Shown here one piece after another: positions 38,311 to 50,591 of a DNA stretch of 64,000 nt. The position numbers and the translations under genes were made by a program. The notes under the pieces were generated by a model. The model had not been told where the DNA came from, ran no database searches, and saw only the letters and a program-made list of their open reading frames with translations. Within the stretch, counting starts at the first letter, position 1. Each line of letters opens with the position of its first letter. Origin of the DNA: Octopus vulgaris (Eukaryota); contig OX597824.1 of NCBI GenBank assembly GCA_951406725.2, positions 40,672,001-40,736,000 on the forward strand, read 5' to 3'.

Positions 38311-38712
38311 TTAACTCTGCTCTGTAGTACAAATGTCTTGTTTTTATAAGTTTTGAATTAAAATCTTCCATCAAACCTTAGTCACAGTTCATGTTCCTAA
38401 CACCAGCTTAATGATAACTAAGTTATTTTATTAAACTCTTTGTTATATTTAAAATTGATTGAAAGAAACACAATCTCAAAATAAATACGGTAACAAAAGG
38501 GTTAAACCAGCCATATCTGGCCCAAATGTTCTACTGTTTTGTGTTCAAATTGGCCAGATTTGGCCTCTCACTCATACCCTACAAAGTCATTCTAAAAATA
38601 AACAATCACATCATTGAAATCTTGAAGTTATGAGATAATACATATTTAATTCAAATTATGTGAATAAATAAGCATCACATTTGACAGAGTAATCTGAATG
38701 CTAAAGGGTTAA
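38311..38712. mobile_element. Two abutting TTAA MITE fragments (two families)
   Basis: First ends GGG|TTAA at 38501-38505 (50371 family); second ends GGG|TTAA at 38708-38712 and has a diverged sibling at about 37550-37767. Confidence 0.7.
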
Positions 38713-38749
38713 ATTCTGATATTTTTTTCGTTTTTGCAGATTACGATGA

Positions 38750-38895
38750 TATTGGGTCATTCCATAAATAATGCAGTTTTTTAATACCTCTTTTATTTTT
38801 CAAAATTAAGATAAACAAAGTTCTTCTTTAATCTAAAATATACTCTCTTTCATTTTCTATAATGCTCTTCCATCTATCTGGTAGACTTGCAAAAT
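38750..38895 (-). mobile_element. mariner 3' end fragment with TIR
   Basis: Minus strand ASLPDRWKSIIENEREYILD* followed by a TIR-like end (plus strand tattgggtcattccataaataatgc). Confidence 0.7.
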
Positions 38896-39317
38896 TCTGA
38901 GGTCACCCAGAGAAAACGCATCTCAGATCTTGCCAAGCAATCAAGGATCAAGCTTCAACAAAATTGAACAGCCGCACATCTCTAAAATAACCAATGGCTG
39001 AGTGAACGTGTTTAAAGATATGTTATTTCACTTGTCCCACCTCAAGCAAGCTAGAAATATGAGTAAATTCAGAGAAACTCACATCTCAGTTTCATTCAAG
39101 AACGATTTGTTCCTGTATCTTGAGTAAGCCATTAAGGTCTCTTGATTAGACACTTTTAAGCAGTCACTATATCCTGCATCTCCTCTCTACTACCCATCCT
39201 CATGACAAGAGCTTGGTGCAGTCTTTTGACTTGCCAGCACCTATCAAACCATTCAACCCATGCCAGCATGGAAAACAGACATTAAATGATGATGATGATG
39301 ACTGTTGAATTCATATT

Positions 39318-39683
39318 TTGTTATATTTCAGGATGGTAATTTTTTTTATCTTGCCAAACAAGCACACACGCTATATATTCGTTCTTCATGTGTTCATTAT
39401 TGTTCTTATTTTATCTGATGTCCATTGCCTGGAAATCTTTTGTCACACATCTGTGACCTCTTCAGTGACTTTTCCATCCCATGTGTCTCCTTCTGTTCTG
39501 TTTCAGGAGGAGACACATGGGATGGAAGAGTTGCTGAAGATGCCAGAGATGTGTGACGTAAGATTTTCAGACAATGGACATAAGATAAAATAAGAACAAC
39601 AACAAATGAGTGAAGAACAAATATATAGTACAGGTGTTTATTTGGCAAGTTAAAAAAAAAATGACCATCCTGAAATATAACAA
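39318..39683. repeat. Long fold-back element, arms about 175 nt, loop about 16 nt (possible Penelope inverted pseudo-LTR)
   Basis: ttgttatatttcaggatggt.../...accatcctgaaatataacaa outer ends; tccatcccatgtgtctcct/aggagacacatgggatgga inner ends. Confidence 0.9.
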
Positions 39684-39759
39684 TATCTGTTTCAACACAT
39701 CAGGAATTTCGCAAAATAAATTCATAGACATAAATTCATATTGATTTTACTCTTTTAAA

Positions 39760-40776
39760 ATGGGTTTAGATAACACCCATATCAGATACTGCATGCTGTT
39801 TGAATTCAAAAAGGGCTCTATAGCAATAGAAGTGGCAAGAAATATTCGTTCTGTCCATGGAAATACAGTTTTAAGTGTCTGAACAATTCAATGATGGCTT
39901 GGCCAGTTTCACTCTGGAAAATTCTCTCTAGCAGATTCCCCTCAATCTGAACAACCAAGTTCTGTCAATATTGAACTTTTGAAAACCATAGTTGAGAAAA
40001 ATTTAAGACAAACTGCATGAGAATTAGCAAATCAGCTTGATTCAAGTCTCACTTTGCTCATAAAACACTTTCATGAACTAAGAAAAGTGTCTAAACTTGA
40101 TCATTGACTCCCTATTCATCTGATTACTTCTCAACTGAATCAAAGAGCTACCCTCTGCATGTCATTGAAGAAAGTAAGCTTGCTACAGAACCTTACCTGG
40201 GTAGAATCATCACAAGAGATGAAAAGTGGGTTCCCTTTAATCATATCCAATGAAAAATGACAATGACTAGCACCCAATATAAAGGAGAATCCATCTCCAA
40301 ACCAGGACTACGGTAAAAAAAAGTTATGTTCTTATGTTCTGTGTTTGGTAGGATATGATGGTTGTAGTCTATCATGGAGTGGTAAACCAGAATAAAATGG
40401 TTAATGCGGAGAAGTATTGCTGTCAACTGGAAGCATTGGACAAAACTTTGCAGAAAAAGCATCCATCATTGGTTAATCATAAAGGGATATTGCTTTTACA
40501 TATTGCAAGACCACATACTATAGAAGTTGCTCAGGAAAAGATTATGGAACTAAATATGGAAGTTTTGTTTCATTCTCCTTAGCCTCCTTACCTTGCTCCA
40601 GCTGACTATCATCTTTTGAGATCATTGCAACATTATTTTGAGGGAAAATAGTTTATTAATTTGAAAGGGGTTAAAATGATATTGTGTGTTTCTTTTGCTT
40701 CAAAACATAGATCAACAATTTGCCAAATAGATGAGATTGTGTTATCAATAATGAAAGGAACTATTATCTTGATTAA
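39760..40776 (+). mobile_element. mariner (DD34D) transposase pseudogene, near full length
   Basis: MGLDNTHIRYCMLFEFKKG..., RIITRDEKWV, ILLLH-IARPH, PYLAPADYHLLRSLQHYF, NYYLD*; multiple stops and frameshifts. Confidence 0.9.
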
Positions 40777-40859
40777 ATATATCAACTAAGACCAAAGAAG
40801 CATTTATTTCTTTTCCATCTTGAAATGCAACAGAACATTTAATATGTATATATATATAT

Positions 40860-41262
40860 TCTTTTACTATTTTACTTGTTTCAGTCATTTGACTGTGGCC
40901 ATGCTGGAGTACTGCTTTTAGTCGAGCAAATTGACCCCAGGACTTATTCTTTGGATGCCTAGTACTTATTCTATCAGTCTCTTTTACCGAACCGCTAAGT
41001 TATGGGGACGTAAACACACCACCATTGGTTGTTAAGTGATGTTGGGGTGACAAACACAGACACACAAACATATACACACACATACATATATATATATATA
41101 CATATATACGATGAGCTTTTTTCAGTTTCCATCTACCAAATCCACTCACAAGGCTTTGGTCGGCCCGAGGCTATAGTATAAGACACCTGCCCAAGGTGCC
41201 ACCCAGTGGGAATAAACCCGGAACCATGTGGTTGGTATGCAAGCTACTTACCACACAGCCAC
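40860..41262 (-). mobile_element. SINE family A, near full length
   Basis: Both halves and internal CA/TA run. Confidence 0.85.
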
Positions 41263-41608
41263 CATCATCATTTAACATCCATTTTCCATGCTGGCATGAA
41301 TTGGACAGTTTGTCAGGAGCTGACCAGCTGAAGGGTTGTTCCATGTCTGTTTTAGCATGGTCTCTACGGTTAGATACCTTTCCTAACGCCAACCACTTTA
41401 CAGAGTGTACTGGATGCTTTTTACATGGCACTGGCACCTACAAACCTAAAAGATTAGGGATGCTCAGCTGGATAGGGTTGTAGGTGACAAACCTGTATGC
41501 AATGGCAGCCACACTTTTACTCAGCTTGATGTGTCTTTTCAAGCATAGCAAACCCTAGTCATCCCCACTTTTAGTCCCAATGTCTGTAGATCACTTTTTC
41601 ACCACTTC

Positions 41609-41849
41609 TATTTCTATTTCTTTACTACCCACAAGGGGCTAAACATAGAGTGAACAAACAAGGACAGACAAAGGGATTAAGTCGATTACATCGACCCCAG
41701 TGTGTAACTGGTAGTTAATTTATCGACTCCGAAAGGATGAAAAGCAAAGTCGACCTCGGTAGAATTTGAACTCACAACATAACGGCAGCCAAAATACCAC
41801 TAAGCATTCTGGCCGGCATGCTAACTATTCTGCCAGCTCGCCGCCTTTC
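41609..41849 (-). mobile_element. SINE family B inserted in an older RTE fragment (about 41262-41866)
   Basis: TSD tcaccacttc at 41599-41608 and 41850-41859. Confidence 0.85.
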
Positions 41850-42374
41850 TCACCACTTCATCCTACGTCTATATCTATCTGTGTATGTATGTTTGTATGT
41901 ATATCTGTATGTGTGTGTATAGATACACTCACACACACACACATTCATGCATACATACATAGATTTCATCTATAAAAATCCACTCTCAAAATATTGATCA
42001 ACCCAAGGATATCTTAGAAGGCCTTTATCCAAGGTATTACACTATGGTATTGAGCCTGGAATCTTGTGATTGTGAAGCAAACTTCTTAGCTCCACAGCCA
42101 CGCATACATCAAAGCATATAAACACAGTGAAGTTGCAGATGTTTATATCCAGAAAGAGACACTAATTAAATATGCTCGGTTATCACTAGACAAGCAATCA
42201 TGTCAGCTGTACTTTGGACATTCTGTTTTATGTATGTGTGTGTGTGTGTATCTTCAAATAAAGGTTATACAGCCATAATTCATTTGAAGATGTCCAGTTA
42301 ATTTTCTAGACAATAATGGTTGTTGTATTTGAAACTATAACAGCTGCTCCTCCATAACTACAGAGAAACAAAGC

Positions 42375-42413
<39 letters not shown>

Positions 42414-43689
42414 CAGCAGCAGTAGTATAATATGGTGTTTGGAAGATAATACCTAGTTCAGCAAAATAAATGAGGTCTGTAATTGTTTATGCTATCATTT
42501 GCACTCCTGCAGGTTAAATAATTGTGACTTCTGAACATAATGAATGTAATGACTTTGGCCTTGATATACGCAAGAGAGCCTTTATAATATAAAGTTCTTT
42601 ATGAAGTTCCTGTTGACATTCAGCTCCAACTTAATCCATTTCTTTGTTTAGCACCACCATCTGGACCTTGGACAACTCTAGTGAAGTCTAATTTCTTGCA
42701 AACATTAGGCCAATCTCTGGTTTGAAGTTAACTTTCTTTCTTATGCCAGTCTCAAAGGCTTTGAGAGGAATCAAGGACACTGCCCTTCCTTTTCCAACTA
42801 AGCCATTCAAAAAATGTTAGTCTTAACTGAGCAGTTGTATGATTGAAGATTTAGCAAAACTTTAAAACCACTTCACTCAAAATTGTAGCTTAGAACTTCA
42901 GCATAAGTATATTTCTAAATAAGACATACATATTTGTGAACATGGCTCAACCAATCAGATCAGCTAGTGTATAACAAAGTTAATTAGAATCTTCCTGTCT
43001 GGTCAAAAATTCTAGTTAATAAAATGCTGGTAGATTGAACTCCTGGCAGAACCATCTATAAGTTCACATGGAGCCTTGTTTTTCTGCTCCAGATGGTCTC
43101 TTGCTCTCTTCTGCACCTCCTTACACAATGACCTGAGGTGGTACTCCAAGCTATGTCAGCTTTATGACAAGTCATTCTCTTCTTCTTTCAACTTAATTTG
43201 TTCCCAATAAACATGAGCTGTCTTCGTATTACTATTTAACATATAATGCACTGACAACTTGTACTTATTTCATTCAGTATCTTTTGTATGCTGTTGTATT
43301 TATTTAACTATTGTATATATGTAAATACAAATACGTACGATGTTATTGAAATTGTATGAGAACTAATACCAATGTTAGTGTGGTCAATAAGAAAGCAACA
43401 TACAGTCCACCAAATGTTATTTATCAATAACTATTTCCCAGCCCTAATCTCACACTAAAAAGGCTTTCCTACCATAAATATCTCATCCTAATGCATATTT
43501 AGGATTCTACAATGTGTGGTGTACATCCAAGTTATTAGAGGATTTGGTCCATGATAACAAGGATGTGGGTTCAATTTCTGGACTGGGTGACACATTTGTC
43601 TTTGAACAAAGCAACAAAGCATTTCGTTTCACATTGCTTCACTTTATTCAGCTGTAATGAGAAATGAATACTAGCCAGATGCTGAATGC

Positions 43690-44272
43690 CCCAAGGTGAC
43701 TGAACTCTGGGCTTATGTCGAACACCTGCTGTCACATTCACGAAGAGTACAACTGTCGAGCAAATCTGTAATTAAGATCGTTCCGCCGACCTCCCTGAAT
43801 AGGGAGGAGCAAGCCTGTTTTCTCTCAGTAGTTGCTGTGGTGAAAGAAGTAGTATGGAAGACGAGAGTGAAAGGAATTGCAACAGGCATGTTTATCTCCA
43901 GTCTCGAGCTAATCGACTTTTTCGTTTTCCGCATGAAACGGAAAATAAGGCTGGAGAAGAAATGCCTGTCGCAAAGTGTGTTTCGTAAAAGATGGAAGTA
44001 TATAGCAAGTATGTTGCGAGTGAAAGAACCTGTTTAATCGAGAATGTAAAAAAGGAGAAAGCAAAGTCTTCAGTGTGAGTATGTGGTTTGTGGGGTCAAC
44101 TGCGTCTTCCACTTCATTTTTTGTTAATCACTCATTCTCATTTAACTGTATATATTTTAATTGTTTGTTTATTCATATGTTTCGTCTCATTCGATACCCT
44201 GACCCCAACGTTTGTTTTGTCTGTCCCCGTATTGTCCCCTCTTTTTCTCAACCTTATGGTGAATAAAGAAAT
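43690..44272 (+). mobile_element. Tx1/L1-type LINE 3' fragment (ORF2 C-terminus plus 3' UTR)
   Basis: Open frame ELWAYVEHLL...VKEVVWKTR...RKIRLEK...FRKRW shows the LW...K..VWK.R...R.E...F...W pattern of Tx1-like ORF2 ends; T-rich UTR ending aataaagaaata. Confidence 0.7.
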
Positions 44273-44654
44273 ACTCTCTCCCTCTCAACTTTCACATTCT
44301 GATTGTTCTGCTGTGTCAGGGGCATCTATATCTGTTTGCGACTACATAGATATCTGAAACAATTGACGAAAGCATGGTACCTGCTACCAAGCTATATTCA
44401 CTCATGAGTAACAGCTGGTCATATGATGTGGAACATGTACTTGACTTTTTTTTTTTTGAGACAGTAGGGTTTGATGTGAGTGAAATGTTACTAATGTTCC
44501 TTACAAATCAAATTACTGCCTACAGGTATCACCATTTTGATTTTAACAAAACATTAAATGAAATTCAATATGTTATACAAGAATATATTCATAAAATAAC
44601 AACAATATATAATTACTTATTTTTTTTTGTATGGTGAATCCTTTGTCTTTTCTT

Positions 44655-45015
44655 TTATTTTTAACTTGTTTCAGTCATTGGACATCATACTGGGGCCCCA
44701 CCGTAAAGGGTTTTGTTGGACAAATCAACTCTGGTACTTGTTTTTTCAGTGATTTTGCCAAAATGCTAATTTATGTAAGCAAACCACTGGTTTTCAAGCA
44801 ATAATGGGAGACAAACACATAGACAGACAGACAGATACATGCACACACACACACACAAACTTCTTTCAGTTTTCATCTACCAAATCCACACCTCAGGCTT
44901 TGGTTAGCCAGAAGCTATAGTAGAAGACATGTATCCAAGGAGATTCAGAGTGGGACTGAACCCCAAACCACATGGCTGGGAAACAAGCCTCTCAACCACA
45001 CAGCCATGCCTGCAA
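44655..45015 (-). mobile_element. SINE family A, diverged
   Basis: Homology to family; internal GACA/CA run. Confidence 0.7.
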
Positions 45016-45388
45016 CTATACTAATTCTTCTGTAAAAGATATTTGAGAAAAGTTTTATACAAATCCACTTTAACCTGTGGAACATTAGATTTTTCACAGA
45101 ACCCTGGAATTGGGAACCATTTTGAGATTTGCTGTTTTAGACAAGGCTTCATTCAAATTATTTTGCAGTCCTTTTCTGTTCCTCCCTTTGAAGGAAAATG
45201 TATGTATGCATATGCATATGTATATAAGTATGTATGTATATAAGTGCATGTGTTTATGTAAGTACACATGTATGAGTGTGTGGGTATGTTAGTCTATATG
45301 TATGTATGCAAGTATGAATCTGTATTTCTATTTGTCTGTCTGTGTGTCTGTCTATCTATCAACTTATCTATGTGTGTATATATATATG

Positions 45389-45433
<45 letters not shown>

Positions 45434-45669
45434 GTATGTATGTATATCTACATATGGATGTATATACACACACACAGATATATAAAAGATATGAGGAGTT
45501 TTCATCAGGGTGACTCAAATGAATAGGTATGTACTCTGAGTATGCTCAAATGTCATTAAAATTCCAGTTCGAACTGCAGTTGAAAGTATGATTTTGTGAC
45601 TGCCCTTTCCAAAGCAGCTAGAAGTGGCTTCCCCTTGAGTTGGTAGGTATAGATTGAAGTTGAAAACAA

Positions 45670-46975
45670 ATAGCAAACAGTTGCCAAGACTTGACAAGGA
45701 CATTTAATTTAGGTATGTAATAAAAGGTATAAATAATCTCTGACAGCTGTTTCTAGGTTATCCCAGCTATTGGAACATTGTGTTGAGTGAAGATTCCACA
45801 TGCTGAGTATTCTATCATATAGAACAGTGGAAGGAAGGTCCTCATCTGTGATAGTCGTTGTGGTTCATTATGTCTACAAGGGGATGAGAAATCCAATGAG
45901 ATCCAGTTAAAACGGGTATTCATTAGGAAAATCCATGATCAGAGAGAATGGTTTGATAGTAATCTATAGCGAAGGAAAATGGATGGTAGCAGTTCCAAAC
46001 TTGGATAAATACTGAAAGGAAGAATAAGTATAGTACACTCAAGTGGGAGGAAGATAGACAGATGGGAGTATTGTATTAGATATATACTAATCAGTATAGC
46101 AAGGGATACTTTTGTCTAGAAAGGTTAGGGGTTGCAAGTGTAAAGATAAATAGATAAGGGATAAATAAAGCTGCCAGCAGACCTACAAGTTGTGTTGCAT
46201 TGGGAGAGGATAGTGGAGGTAATATAGCAGTTGTAAAAAGATAATAGCCTTCCTATGTAGTTGGTGGTCAATTTTACTTGATGGGAAGGGAGACTTGGGG
46301 CTAGCTTAGTTGTATTAGTGCTAGAAATAGATACCATACTAGCAAACAAAAGATTTAAGATTTAAAACTTAAAACTAAGATTAAAAATTAATATTATAAA
46401 TACAAAAAGTAAAAATAAAGTTAAGATTTCAGTATCCGTAGTGTTAATGATTCCTATTGAAAATCAAGGGATTAAATTATATAAAATGGCGAGTCCAAAG
46501 TTAATCAAGGGTAGATATAAATATATATATAAATAATGAAATGGAAAGAGTGGGGACATTCAATCACAGAGTAGGGTATAGAAGGATGGAATAATTGTGT
46601 AGGAATCAGTAAATCCTAATTTTGCTCAGAGCAGTGAGTAGATAAGCCTAGTGGTATTCTCTAAAATATGAGGGTAGGTGGTAGAACTGCTGTGGAAGTC
46701 CCAAATAGGTAGTATGCCTAAGCTAGATGTTAGTGATAATCCAAAGTGTTAGTTTTTTCATACTTAGACATGTGTTATATGTTTAACTTACCTCTCTCCA
46801 ATGACGGAATACCCAGCATATGGAATCTCCACTCGAAACGATATTCCAACAGCTGGGATATCCTAGAAACAGCTGTCAGAGACTATCTAAACCTTATATT
46901 ACATAACTAAATTAAATGTTTTTATTAAATAGCTAAATTGAATGTCCTTGTCAAGCCTCGCCAAATTTTTTGCCT
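45670..46975. mobile_element. Element bounded by ~150-nt inverted repeats (Penelope-like)
   Basis: 45670-45820 is the reverse complement of about 46800-46975 (tctctgacagctgtttctagg / cctagaaacagctgtcagaga; cttgacaaggacatt / aatgtccttgtcaag). Confidence 0.55.
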
Positions 46976-47008
46976 TTTCTTTTCTACTTTTATACATATT
47001 TACATATT

Positions 47009-47164
47009 AAAATTGAGAATTATGGAAATATTATTTACAGAATTGTTGAACAACAAAACAGGAAAATGAAAAATTTTTGGTAATTTTTTTTTTTTGTTTA
47101 TACATGTTTCCTGTTTTGTTATTCAACAACTCTGCAAATAATATTTCCATAAATTGTCAATTTT
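47009..47164. repeat. Fold-back inverted repeat, arms about 57 nt
   Basis: ttatggaaatattatttacagaattgttgaacaacaaaacaggaaa vs tttcctgttttgttattcaacaactctgcaaataatatttccataa. Confidence 0.85.
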
Positions 47165-47281
47165 GAAATGTGCTTTTATTTACTAACAACACCAACTATG
47201 GATACATATATTGATTGTGACAATGGAATAAGCAGATGTTCTTCAAGAGGAAACAGTTGGGATTTACCTTAACTATATAAG

Positions 47282-47320
<39 letters not shown>

Positions 47321-47386
47321 CGATTTTGACGTCTATATCTAGCATGTTGACCATCCAGTTTTAGTGGTCAGTCCTTTAAATTTTGT

Positions 47387-47417
<31 letters not shown>

Positions 47418-47509
47418 ACGGGAAGCTTTATAAAAATAAACAAAAGACGAAGGCAGGTGGAAAACAAACGAACAATTGTATTAGTATGGCGCTCAGGAAA
47501 TATAAATAA

Positions 47510-48695
<1,186 letters not shown>

Positions 48696-48999
48696 ATATA
48701 GAAATAGATAGATAGATATAGGCATATTTATAACATGGCTTTTGTACAGTTTTTGTCTATCAAGTTCACTCATGTTGATCAGCTTGGTGCTATTAGTGGA
48801 AGACACTTATTCAAAGTGCCACACTACTATACAGTGGTATTGACCTGAAATCACATGGTTGGAAAGCAAACTCCATAACCAAATAGTCATGCTTACTCCT
48901 ACATATAAATATCATTTGCAAGCTCCTATACTAAATAAGTCAAATGACCATAAAGTGAAAGTTTCTATAATGACTTGTAAATAAATAGATTATTTTTAT

Positions 49000-49244
49000 C
49001 TTTTATCTTTTACTTTTGACTTGTTTCAGTCATTAGATCATGGCCATGCTGGGGCATCTCTTTAAAGAATTTTTAGTTGAATGAATCCACTCCAGCTCGT
49101 ATTTTTTAAGCTTGGTACTTACTCTATTGGTTTCATTTGCCAAACTGCTAAATTTATGGGGATGTAAACACACCAACACCGGTTGTCAAGTGTTAATGGG
49201 GGACAAACACAGGTACAAAGATACACACACACACACACGCACAT

Positions 49245-49277
<33 letters not shown>

Positions 49278-49437
49278 ACAGGCTTCTTTCAGTTTCTGTT
49301 GTTTGCCAAATCCAATCACAAGCTTTTGGGTGGCCCAAGGCTATAGTAGTAGACACTTGCCTGAGATGCCACACAATGGGACTGAACCCAAAACCATGTG
49401 GTTGGGAAGCAAGCTTCTTACCCAACAGCTATTCCTA
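49000..49437 (-). mobile_element. SINE family A
   Basis: Both halves and long CA run. Confidence 0.8.
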
Positions 49438-50370
49438 CTTGTTGAAAATAATTTACTAAAAAAAGCAAGAAAGAAAGTCAATAAAGTAATTAAGAAATAA
49501 AAAATAAATAAAAAAATAATCAGATTTTTCCTCCCTTGTGTCATCAGATCAATAAGCTTTGTCTGGTAACTTCCTTGATAAGTGCTATGTGCTTGTTATG
49601 GAATTTTCATCAGCCATCTCAACCACTTTAATGAACTTGGTGATAGTGACACTTGTTAATATAACATCTAGATTAAGTCCCTGGTTAATCTGAGAGTTGA
49701 TGATGTAGGCACATTTGTAGGTATGAAAGCCACAAATAAACTCCCTAACATTGTAGCCATGTCAACAATTTAAGGAGGCTTAGTGACACTTGTTAATATA
49801 GCACCTGGATTAAGTCCCTGGTTAATCCGAAAGTTGATGACATTGGCATATTTGTGGGTAAAAGTGCATCTGGTTAAATACACAGGAAATTGTACTAGAT
49901 GACTACACTGGAAATTAATAATATAAGTTGGGGTGGAAAAAGGATTCATTACAATTCTATGGTTTTTTAGTCATGCCACTAGTATATATATATATAGTAT
50001 ATATATTGAGTTGAGGAATAATTCATAAATGTTTTTTTTTTTTCAAATTTAAAAATTCATGCAGAAATAAAGCACATTGGCAAAATGTTTTATGTTATTT
50101 GAAAGAATTTTTTGCTCTACAAGATAGTGTGTTTTGATTTTTTAATTTTATTGATTTTTGTGTATTTCCAGATCATTAAAATGGAATATCAAATGGACAG
50201 AGCACCCATGACTTCAAGAAACATTGTTTCACACTCAGAATTACTGAAGCATAGAATAAACTGCCCACATCAGTTGTTAGCTGTCGAGACACTACATTCT
50301 TCAAAACTTCCATGCTTCCCAAAATTTGCCACCTGATGGGCTCCTGCTTTTTTCTTTCTTTTTTCCTTAA

Positions 50371-50591
50371 CCCTTTTGTTACCAACCTGGCTGAAACCGG
50401 CTCTGACTCTTTAGTATAAATGTCTTGTTTTCATAAGTTTTGAATTCAAATCTTCCACCAAATCTTAGTTAAAATTTATGTTCCTAACACTGGCTTAATG
50501 ATAACAAAGTTAATTAACTAAATTCTTTGTTATATTTAAAATAATTGAAAGAAACACAGAGCATCTCAAAATAAATACAGTAATGAAAGGG
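50371..50591. mobile_element. piggyBac-like MITE
   Basis: TTAA|CCCTTTTGTTAC...GTAATGAAAGGG|TTAA, 221 bp. Confidence 0.85.

Noticed and set aside
38720-39000. Strong plus-strand acceptor (tttttgcag) suggesting a divergent gene exon; similar site near 57413
   Set aside because: No sustained ORF or homology; a lncRNA cannot be supported from sequence alone.
39760-40776. Domesticated or active mariner transposase
   Set aside because: Multiple in-frame stops and frameshifts, and a catalytic-region deletion.
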